From positions 154,194,001-154,258,000 of the forward strand of contig OZ024743.1 in the NCBI GenBank assembly GCA_964016885.1: DNA of 64,000 nucleotides, written 5' to 3'. Positions 53,243-64,000 of this stretch are shown here, piece by piece. Both the position numbers and the translations under genes were made by a program. The notes beneath the pieces are model-generated. The model made no database searches. It was not told the DNA's origin and saw only the letters and a program-made list of their open reading frames with translations. How positions within the stretch are numbered: the first letter of the stretch is position 1; the number at the start of each line of letters is the position of its first letter. The DNA is from Eledone cirrhosa (taxonomy: Eukaryota).

Positions 53243-54225
53243 ATAAACTAGACAGAGCCATAGATATAAATATGTGTTCTTGGCATCCATTCACGGTGTG
53301 GCTCAATGACACACATTAATTAATTAAATAATCAACAATCAGAGCTACGTCCAAGAAAGTACGTCCATAGAATCATTTGATAAAATATATACAGTATTTT
53401 TCCTCTTCTAATCAGCATAATCGACCACACAAAAAAATCAATTAAACAAGACTATAAGATTAAAACGCACCTATGAAGAAACAATAGATAAATAAACGAT
53501 AGCTATCAACGGTCACAGAATATTTACCCAGTATTTCTAATAGCCCGTGGAAATCGATTAATTCGTCATTGAGCCACACCGTGAATGGATGCCAAAAAAC
53601 ACATATATATATATCTATGGCTCTGTCTAGTTTATGCATATGTAAATCTATATATTTGATAATCTCCCATATTGTTGAGAAACAATTTAGGCAGTATTCG
53701 CCTGCGCTTTCTAGCAACCAGCCCACTCGCCGTAAGGCACCAATCACGAACTTTCTAACTTGACCACTAGCCACGTCACAGTTCTTAGCCATTTTGAATT
53801 CGTTTCTGGCGAGGATCATTTACGAAAAATTTTTGTCCAATTGAGTTTGTTTCCTGATGATTTCGAAACTCGTGAATTTATCCTTGATCGGATATTTCCA
53901 AAAAGCGAATGAAACCTCGTGGGGTAGAAATATAATTTTCGTATGCTTACATACATTCTTTCTTCTAACTTTGATTTTGTAACTAATAGTGTGTGGTTGG
54001 CGATATATCTAATCGATTTCCACGGGCTATTAGAAATACTGGGTAAATATTATGTGGCTGTTGATCGCGGATAGATAGCTATCATTTATTTATCTATTGT
54101 TTCTTCATAGGTGCCTTTTAATCTTATAGCTTTGTTTAATTGATTTTTGGCGTGGTTGATTATGCTGATTAGGACAGGAAATACTGTATATATTTTATCA
54201 AATGATTGTATGGACGTTTTTCTTG
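53243..54225. repeat. Interlocked inverted repeats
   Basis: 53243-53310 vs 53566-53635, and 53352-53561 vs 54010-54225 (TACCCAGTATTTCTAATAGCCCGTGGAAATCGATTA and its reverse complement). Confidence 0.85.
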
Positions 54226-54446
54226 TGTAGATATATATATATATATATATTTATTTGTGTTTGTTGGTTCACCACTGGATAAAACTGGTCATTCTGTGTG
54301 GTCATCCACGATGTAATGTTATGGAAAGCACTCAAAGTGATGCAGCCACCCGTCTACGTTTGTGTAGTTGGTGGTGCGAGTGCGCGGTTGATTATTACAA
54401 AATAACAGGAGACATGTTCTGGTGTAAATCCTTGAATGGTTTATTA

Positions 54447-54502
54447 TACTATGATCATTTCAATGACCGGGTTCAGTATGAATCCGGTGACATCATCAGG
54501 TA
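54447..54502 (-). ncRNA. Type I hammerhead motif
   Basis: Minus strand TAC-CTGATGA-TGTCACCGG...CCGGTCATT-GAAA-TGATCA-TA-GTA. Confidence 0.7.
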
Positions 54503-56472
54503 ATTCAAAATATAACGAAGGTGTATAGCAGATAAGAATCCTTGCTGTTTAAATCAGAGTCAAGAGGGTGTGCGGTATTATAGCAGTTGTAGCTGCGTCT
54601 ACCGCCCTCAAGTGCTGATAATTGGGTCAAGATACTACATTCCTTTTGTGGGGGCGCAAGCCTTTTAATGTAATACTACCTTCACGTCAGATGGAAGTGT
54701 CTGCGCTGAGGTCACGCGTCAATCAGGCTGGTCAGGCATGCTCGATATTACCACGAAATATGTTTATTCCAGGATAAACAGACATAGAGATTAAACACGG
54801 AGAGAGTGTGTGTGAATGAAAGAGAGATAGAAAGTAACAGAGAGAGTAAAACAGAGAGAGAGTGTAGGAGAATGAAAAACAGAGGGATTAAAACATAGAG
54901 AGTGTGTGTAATTGATATAGAGAGAAGGTGACACATAACATAAGGAGGCTTTTATGAAGAAGTGTAGGTGTGATATATATAGTCACGATAAATTGTCCAG
55001 GTAGTATATATAATACAAATATGCCCGTGCTAGCGGTCAATAACTAACGACGACTGCAGGCTCCGCGCTAGCACTCACGTGCCAGCTGTTCCGAGAAATA
55101 TCGTCTAGCCAAAGAAGTGGAAATTAGTGTTTCCGAGCACTCCAGGAATGTAACTTTCTTAGGCGTCGGTTATGCCAGCGCAGAGCCCTCCATCGATGGC
55201 TGGCCATCGTATATACCAAGCGGTTGCTATTATATCACACAGTGTGGGGGTTTAGTTAAGTTCTAGTAGGAAGAGGTATGATACAGCTAGGGGTTATGAC
55301 TAAGCCTAGAAAATAAGGGTACAATTCGGCGGTCAATGCCGGCAGCGCCACCAGTCTCGAGCCCGGCATAGCCCCGGGACGAACGAGCGGTTCCGAGTGA
55401 TTTCGTTTATCGAAAGAAGGGGATATTTCTTTTGCCAAGAATTCAAGGAAGGGTAAAACGCCCGATTGGCGGGCGCGCAGTCAGGAAATCCGCCACATCT
55501 GTCGTATCATCGCATGTTAGCAGACAATTAATATTTTTCACACCCGTGGTGTGAGGTTGAGAGTGTTAAAACCCGATGAAATGCGCTAATAGCCTATATC
55601 AAGTCCCCAGTTAGTCCAGGTTGTTTCTGTGGTTCTACAGTGGGTATGGGGAATCAGTAAGGAAACAGATATACGGGTACTTAGAGTATATTCCAGGGTC
55701 GTGTGCTAATGATCACAGTGGTAGTTATGTACTGGGAATAGAGCGAGTAAGTACATACATAAGTAAAAGGAATAATAAGCAAATTGCAACATAAAAAATA
55801 AAGTCGAAATGCGTAAATAAAAAAATAAATAAAAATACATAAATAAATCAATGCAGTCATAACTAGGGTGGTGATGTATGGAGTAAAACGGAAGTACAGC
55901 GAACATATCGAGGAAATCAAAACACAGGGGAAATATAAGCACAGGGGAAATATAAAAACAGGAGAAATATAATATCGACGGGCATTCGGATAATACAGAT
56001 AATACAGGATAATACATATAGATATAGAGGATGGAAGAGGAGTGGTATCAGGTGATACCTGGTGTATGTTCGAGTCTTAATATTCAACGTGGATCACAAA
56101 TGCCCTTAAGTATAGGGTAGAGAAATCATTCAATACAATACACGCAATATTAGAATACGTAGAAACATTTAGAGGAAACAGTGAGGCCTGTCGTAGTCTG
56201 GATATTCCCGACATGAGAGCAACGGTAATATCGAGCATGCCAGGCCATCCTGATTGACGCGGGACCTCAGCGCTGACACTTCCATCTGACGGGGTGGTAG
56301 TAGTACATTAAAGGCTTGCTCCCGCACACCAGAGGGTAGTATCTTGACCCAATTATCAGCACTTGAGGGCGGTCGACGCAGCTACAAGCTTCTATAATAC
56401 CGGGTGCCCTCTTGTCTCTGATTTAAACACCATGGATTTTTATGTGCTATATTCCTTCGTTATATTTTGAAT

Positions 56473-56528
56473 TACCTGATGATGTCAGCGGATTCATACT
56501 GAACCTGGTTATTGAAATGATCATAGTA
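56473..56528 (+). ncRNA. Type I hammerhead motif
   Basis: TAC-CTGATGA(56476-82)-...-GAAA(56514-17)-TGATCA-TA-GTA; palindromic stem III ATGATCAT. Confidence 0.7.
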
Positions 56529-56587
56529 TAATAAACCTTTCAAGGATTTACACCAGAACATGCCTCATTTTATTTTATTATATATAT

Positions 56588-56700
56588 TCTGTGTTCAAAT
56601 CTCGCCGGGGTTAACTTTGCCTTTCATCCTTACGGGGTCGATAAAATAAAGTACCAGTAATGTACTGGGTAATTGCTGGCCTTGTGCCAATAGTAGAAAC

Positions 56701-56703
<3 letters not shown>
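56588..56703 (+). mobile_element. 5'-truncated SINE
   Basis: TTCTGTGTTCAAATCTCGCCGGGGTTAACTTTGCCTTTCATCCTTACGGGGTCGATAAAATAAAGTACCAG...GGCCTTGTGCCAATAGTAGAAACAATT. Confidence 0.9.
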
Positions 56704-56765
<62 letters not shown>

Positions 56766-57760
56766 TAACAGATTAAAGTTTAAGCAAAGAATCGCTTCTT
56801 TCACACTTAACGAGATATTCTGAAACTAACATAGTCAATCTGTAAACGCAGAAGTGGATACTTCAAAAAACGTTGCAACCGGAGGAAGACAGGAAGACGA
56901 TACTTTGGTTCGTGGAAACGTTCCCTGGCATAGAACGTGAAAAAACGAATATAATACGTCATTTATAGGAGCGGTGAAAAACAATTACGCGCAAAGACAG
57001 AACCACGTTTATGGTATAAAAGAGGTCGTAGTCTAATGTTCACTTAGGTGGTTCACAGAGACGTTCTCTGGCAATGAACGAAAGAAACGAAGATAATACG
57101 CCATATGTGAGCGTGGTGAACAATTGCACCCAATGACAAAACCACGTAAATGGTATAGCAGAAGTCATAGACTAAAATTCTAACTAGGAGACCGAATGAA
57201 TCTCCGCTTCAGAGTTAAGAATAAAGTAAATAAATACAATACAGAGGTAATAGAAATTAAATAAATACATACACGCATACAAATACGTAGATACACAGGC
57301 ATAGGCGAAAACACTTACCATAGGTATACAAATCCACGCACATATAAATATGTGTGTGTGTGTGTGTATAGAAATAAATAAATAATTAAATAAGCGTATA
57401 TAAATAAAGAAATACGTATATAACAAGCGCACACACACACTTACATGTAAATACACAAATGTTCGGGGACGTAAGTCAACCAAAACATGAAGTACCTATA
57501 TACACACACCCTACATAGGTACGAACCTGCATACTCACACATACCCAAAACTACTGTATACACATAACCAAACCATATGTTCCAGAATATATAAAATTAT
57601 ACGCCATAACATATTCAATCAAATATACGTACGAGAAAGTATACGTACCTTCACAAAACATACAGGTAATATATACATACCTATGGAAATAAGTAATGGT
57701 ATAAACAAACATATACTTAGCTACCACATCAAGACGTAAAATATCCACGTATAGATCATA

Positions 57761-58216
57761 CTATCCGCTAGGGTATAACGTGGGGCTGTAATACAGGAAA
57801 GTGTTGTGAGATTTATGTTTACAAGCCGAAATTGCCTCAGATTTTTTGATTAAGATGCGGTTTGTGGCGTAGATTATTTCCAGGGCCTCAGCGGCGCAGA
57901 GGTCACATGGTCTTTTATTTCCGTTATACGATCTAGCCCTAGCTAGGATCTCCCAGTGTAAATTATATTGGGTGTGGTTGTCTTTTAGACTCCAGATATA
58001 AGCTGAAAGTGACGTCATATTCCTTCTTAGAGGGTTACGAAAAGAATGGGTATGCATATAAAGACGCTGCTTGAATATATTGGCGGTTAACCCTGTGTAG
58101 GGCCTACGGGACGTGGGTGTTTCAACCTTAAATTTGTAGACAATGTTACTAGAGAGGCATTTCCCGGATAGGGGGCAATCGACCCGATTCCTACAATTAC
58201 AGTTGTTTTCGTTCAT
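57761..58216 (-). CDS. Open GIY-YIG endonuclease domain of a PLE (151 aa, no RT)
   Basis: CNCR....CPLSGKCL..NIVY...PYTGLT..FKQR..H..SF...TSLSAYIWSLK...WEIL...CDLC..E...CKHK; no internal stop. Confidence 0.6.
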   Translation of the reverse strand: MNENNCNCRNRVDCPLSGKCLSSNIVYKFKVETPTSRRPYTGLTANIFKQRLYMHTHSFRNPLRRNMTSLSAYIWSLKDNHTQYNLHWEILARARSYNGNKRPCDLCAAEALEIIYATNRILIKKSEAISACKHKSHNTFLYYSPTLYPSG

Positions 58217-58462
58217 TGCCAGAGAACGTCTCTATGAACCACCTAAGAGAACATTAGTCTACGACCTCTTTTATACCATAAACGTGGTTCTGTCTTTGCG
58301 CGTAATTGTTTTTCACCGCTCCTATTAATGACGTATTATATTCGTTTTTTCCCGTTCTTTGACAGGGAATGTTTCCACGAACCAAAGTATCGTCTTCCTG
58401 TCTTCCTCCGGTTGCAAGGTTTTTTGAAATATCCACTTCTGCGTTTACAAATTGACTTTGTT

Positions 58463-58513
58463 AGTTTCAGAAGATCCCGTTAAGGTTGAAAGTAGCGATT
58501 CTTTGCTTAAACT
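58463..58513 (+). ncRNA. Type I hammerhead family; other copies at 56775-56826 (-), 58783-58833 (+), 61211-61260 (+)
   Basis: Consensus AGTTT-C(T/A)GAAGA-T-CCC gttaa GGG-T-GAA-AGCAG cgattct TTGCT-T-AAACT. Confidence 0.7.
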
Positions 58514-58878
58514 TTAATCTGTTATTTTAATAAATATTTGCTCTACGGTTCTTTTATATTTGACATATATTTATCCTTATCGAGCCCTCTTTGGATTATA
58601 GTCTTCAAAGTTATTATTATTACTATATATATATATATATATATATATTGTATTAATAATAAATGTGAAGACTAAAATCCAATTAAGGCTCGATAAGTAT
58701 AAATATATATCAAATATATAAGAGAACTTCGGTTGCAAGGTTTTTGGAAATATTTATTTCTGCGTTCTCAGATTGATTTTTTAGATTCTGAAGATCCCTT
58801 TAAGGGTGAAAGGAGCGATTTTTTGGTTAAACTTTAATCTGTTATTTTAATATATTTATATACATAAATATATATATA

Positions 58879-59046
58879 AAGAAGGAGTTGTGGTAAGGAA
58901 CCAGATGGACCATAACGGACCAGATTACTCAATACTTAGGGTAGTAGAGTGGGTAATGGGAAAAGTATGACCCCAATGGCAGAGCTCAAGAAATAGCCGT
59001 CGAAACGGCTTGAGCTCTGCAGTCGGGGTCATACTTTTTCCCATTA
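58879..59046. repeat. Fold-back micro-insertion related to 6225-6432
   Basis: TAATGGGAAAAGTATGACCCC..GCAGAGCTCAAG / CTTGAGCTCTGC..GGGGTCATACTTTTTCCCATTA with TAGCCGTCGAAACGG in the spacer. Confidence 0.85.
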
Positions 59047-59071
59047 TATATATATATATATATATATATAA

Positions 59072-60148
<1,077 letters not shown>

Positions 60149-60239
60149 ACGAAGGAAATGTGGTAAGGAACCAGGTGGACCATAACGCACCAAAGTACTC
60201 AATACTTGAGGTAGTAGAGTGGGTATATATATATACATG

Positions 60240-60270
<31 letters not shown>

Positions 60271-60351
60271 ACACACACTCATATATATATGTTACGTAAT
60301 TCCGGAGGAAAAGCAAAGGAAAAAAGATTGATATATGTATAGAACAGAGCT

Positions 60352-60498
60352 ATTCAATAAGAAATTGAACAACACAACATATAACAATTCCATTATCAAA
60401 GGTTTCTGGACCACAGGACATAATAATATACGACTGTGATCCAGAAACCTTTGGTAATTGAATATTTATATTTAGTGTTGTTCAATATCTAATTAAAT
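60352..60498. repeat. Diverged fold-back (~65-bp arms)
   Basis: CAAAGGTTTCTGGACCACAG / CTGTGATCCAGAAACCTTTG; ATTGAACAACAC / GTGTTGTTCAAT. Confidence 0.75.
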
Positions 60499-60828
60499 AT
60501 ATATATATATACCCCCCACCTAAGTAATGTCAGGGTCTCCGCAAATAATTTATTAATAGCATTGTTGTAATTGTTGTTATTGTTCTAACTGAATGCCATT
60601 ACTACTTCATATAGTAGCCTGTATATTCTTTTCTTGCCTGTGTATTCTCTTCATTCTCGCATGCTCCGAAGAACTGACTAGTTATAATTTTGTATTGGCG
60701 ATCGAGTAACGTGAAAATAAGCGAATAGCGATCTCTAGACCTACCAGTTCAGAGAAACAATTGTGAGCTATGAGATTAAAAGCCTTTTTTGTATAGCAAA
60801 CCATGTCAACCTTCTTTCCTGATTTATT

Positions 60829-60880
60829 ACATAGGAATTAAACATAGGAATTAAACATAGGAATTAAAACATAGGAATTG
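60829..60880. repeat. 12/13-bp tandem repeat x4
   Basis: ACATAGGAATTAA(A) repeated. Confidence 0.9.
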
Positions 60881-61015
60881 CAGCATACCCGCAGCATCAC
60901 TATGAAAACGCCTTGTTGAGTCAAACCAAGCCAAGCTTTGATATCATCCACTACCTGGAATAAAATAACTGGACTATACCTAAGTGGACTGCATTTAACT
61001 ATTATTTGTTACCCC

Positions 61016-61073
<58 letters not shown>

Positions 61074-61077
<4 letters not shown>

Positions 61078-61273
61078 TAATAAATTTGAAGAATAAAATC
61101 CAAAGAGGGCTCGATAAGAATAAATATATATCAAATATATAAGAACCGTAGAGCAAATATTTATTAAAATAACAAATTAAAGTTTAAGCAAAGAATCGCT
61201 GTCTTCACCCTTTCAGAAGATCCCGTTAAGGGTGAATGCAGCGATTCTTTGCTTTAACTTTAATGTTATTTTA

Positions 61274-61280
<7 letters not shown>
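61074..61280. repeat. Fold-back micro-insertion of the 58206-58622 PLE terminus in (TA)n
   Basis: AAAGAATCGCTG..TTCACCCTT / AAGGGTGAATGCAGCGATTCTTT. Confidence 0.88.
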
Positions 61281-61345
<65 letters not shown>

Positions 61346-61989
61346 GTAATCTGAGTTTTTTTGAATATTAATAATATTCGATTCTTTTGCAATTATGCAA
61401 ACAAACATCAATTTTAAAGCCATGTCAGTAGAATGAGCCACTCAGTCTTGCTCTTGTGTTGGCATGTAAACAGAATGGCAGACACTAATGTTTTGGGGCA
61501 TTACTCTTCATCAGTACAGTTCATACCTATAGAAATTATCCGGTAGATTTCAGTATTGGTGTTTCTTAAATATATATGATACGAAATAACCAATTAAAGA
61601 GTTAATATTATATACATATGCCACTGTATTTATTATTAAACTTCATGTAAATGGAATTCATCTCATCTATTATCATACTAATTGAAGATAGAAATCAAAT
61701 TTTCTCAAACTTATATTAATACTATTTGGTGATTAAATTTATGAAAGAATGTCCTCTTCGTTTGTTATATGGATAGACCCAACAGCTATATTCATTACAG
61801 AAGTTGGAAAACTTACTACAGAATTTAGTAGGTGTTACCTATGATAGACGTGAGTAATATATCGAATAACGCACTCCATAAAACAAATATAACGTGTGTT
61901 AAAAAGAAGAATCTTTATATATTTTAGTAAATTCGTCTGCACTCAGGTGACAAATAAAATTTAATTGAAATTTTATTCAGTCAGTGCAT

Positions 61990-62520
61990 GAATGCAATTC
62001 CAGTAAGTTGGCTGCTTAATGAGAATAAAACTGCTAAATGAAGCCAAGTGAATGGAAATCAATACTAAATTTATGGTGTAACTAATTGTTACTGAAATGT
62101 AAATCGTCAGGATTCACCATTGTCAGATTGGGGTGATTTCGAGGAGCGTTTATGAAACGTATCACGGACTATAGCAAATAATCTAGTATAGAATGATGTG
62201 ATGTCATGTTGTCTGTCTCAATGATATACTGTAAATTTCTCAAGTCTTCTTATTCACATTTAATATACTCTTTAATATGATCGAAATATTTAAGAAAAAG
62301 AAGCTCATGTTATAGCAAACTTATTTTCTATACAATTGTCGCATTCATTACTCACGCAGCCAAATGTAGCATCCAATATATTTACAAAACACCCTTGATA
62401 AGATCAAGGTAGTTGATGTTTTATTTGAAATTCTAAAGAGTTATGCCGATAGAGAAAGTGTAAATGGAGAGGAGAAGCAGGTGTATCAAATATATTTTAC
62501 TGGAAGTCGAACATAACTTG
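61990..62520 (+). pseudogene. Possible ancient transposon-associated (DUF4806-like) remnant
   Basis: Scattered peptides IPVSWL, PLSDW, LKSYADRE recall DUF4806 proteins; many stops. Confidence 0.25.
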
Positions 62521-62630
62521 TTACTCACCCCATTATAGTTGAAGTAAAAGAGGCTGGGAGTAACATATTGCACATATAAGTCTGTAGTTGTCAATCATTT
62601 GAGTAGTCTAATTTCACATATGGTATAAGC

Positions 62631-62936
62631 CAGGGGCGTCAATAGGCAGCCCGCTGGCTACAATTCGGCCCGCCAAATCAATCAGAGTGACCCGCGATGA
62701 CAGTTTATAATTTTTATCATGTAGGTTAATTTAGAAATATTTCGTAACCGTAATACAATTTTCTGTTAGTTGACCTATACTAAAGGGCTTCACTGATGGG
62801 GTTATGTGTATTATAATTTCTCAGTTCCATGTTATAGAAAGAAGTCTTTAGGATAGTGCTTAATAAATATTAATGGCCATAATAGTTGTCCAATGTTCAA
62901 AAGTGGCCCGCCAATGGAATACGTTGCACAACTCTG
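62631..62936. mobile_element. Non-autonomous hAT (Charlie-like) MITE
   Basis: Starts CAGGGGCGTCAA, has subterminal GGCCCGC motifs at both ends, ends TTGCACAACTCTG; 8-bp TSD GTATAAGC / GTCTAAGC. Confidence 0.75.
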
Positions 62937-64000
62937 GTCTAAGCCACCAGCTTGTTTGTATGTAATTATTAAACTGATGTTGGGTTCTTCGTAAAGAGAC
63001 TGCAATAGATTAACATTGTATTATGTTCTTTTATTGAAGACGATACCTAATTTTTACGAAACTGATTTTGCAATATTTTGTCACTATGAAACCGTTTTCA
63101 AAAATGTGGATTATGTTGATCATGTATGAAATTGCACTACTTGTTTGCTACTCATATATTGTATTTTGATGAGGACCGTGTGGAGGAAATTCAAAATTGT
63201 ATTCGTGAAGGTATGATGGCAAGTGTGCCAACAGTTGATAGAAGTATGTGGGATACATTACCATGTGACTGTTAAACTGTTGATTGACATCGGTGATACA
63301 TATGTTTACATCAACAAATACAGAAACAATCGTGGTCAAGAGATTTCTTCTGTAATGGCTTAAAGTAGTCGGCAGCAAATAGTGACATCACGTGTGGAAC
63401 ATCGGCCCAACGTTTGCGAAGACAGTGTGCTATAGAGGCAAATTCAAAATAAAATATATCTTGAATTAAAAGCCAGTTAATGGTTCATCCAGTTGAACAA
63501 AGAAACAGAATTGCAAATAATTAGAGATGTAATAGAATGATAAAAATACCATTTATTCACAATTCATGTTGTTTTGAAAACTGGGAGATAGATAATCTAC
63601 AGTAACGAGCTTTTAGGAAATATATTAACTAAATTCTCGGTTGCTCCCATTACTCACTTAATGAGCATACAGAATATGCCACATAGTGCTAACAAAATAC
63701 ACATTTGTAATTGGGCGGGCGCATGTTGCTGTCCCGCACCTCGAGTACTCTGCGAGTGCAGGTGATGTCAGGTGCGGTTCTAGTAGTTGAACATTGGGTT
63801 ACTCTCGTTGTGTGCCTGTGTACACCATTTGGTTGGTAAGAAGTTTGTTTGTCGGAGGTATTGGTTATGCTAATTATTTGATGGGCTCGTAGTCGCTGCA
63901 GACGATTATAATATAGAAAGTACGAAATGCGATCCGATATCTCCATATCTGTAGTTGGTACTGGTTGATCATTTTGTTGTGGGGAATGGTGAGCGTAGAT

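Larger units (their letters stand above)
54406..56566. mobile_element. Element bounded by ~345-bp inverted repeats, each with a hammerhead motif
   Basis: 54406-54752 is the reverse complement of 56224-56566; no long ORF inside. Confidence 0.8.
56761..58622 (-). mobile_element. 5'-truncated PLE (GIY-YIG, 3' UTR, HHR terminus) capped by an inverted copy of its own 3' end
   Basis: 56761-57083 is the reverse complement of 58206-58531; (TA)n on both sides. Confidence 0.85.

Noticed and set aside
53851-53875. CTGATGA-TTTC-GAAACTCGT hammerhead-like string
   Set aside because: Only 4 nt between the core halves, so stem II cannot form, and there is no valid cleavage triplet.
63148-63946. Minus-strand ORFs as a CACTA/EnSpm-like transposase tail
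   Set aside because: Only a vague resemblance and no diagnostic motif; an HMM search is needed.

Overview
This is AT-rich, microsatellite-dense eukaryotic DNA, probably an octopod cephalopod (inferred from the SINE family and the (TA)n/(AAT)n landscape). I found no intact host gene, rRNA/tRNA gene or CRISPR array. The window holds two microsatellite-associated retroelement communities. (1) An (AAT)n-anchored stack at ~10.1-36.6 kb: five minus-strand Tx1/L1-clade LINE copies, two plus-strand R4/Dong-type LINEs, and copies of a tRNA-type SINE whose 3' end matches the LINE 3' end. (2) A (TA)n-anchored set at ~6-10 kb and ~38-61 kb: decayed Penelope-like elements (PLEs; RT + GIY-YIG) and many short non-coding fold-back insertions, several carrying minimal type I hammerhead ribozyme (HHR) motifs. 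The best candidate for an undescribed system is a non-coding 314-bp tandem unit with one HHR per unit (59072-60012), a retrozyme-like, possibly circRNA-producing element beside its likely PLE helpers. Mariner and hAT remnants are also present. All alignments and folds were done by eye, so ends are approximate.
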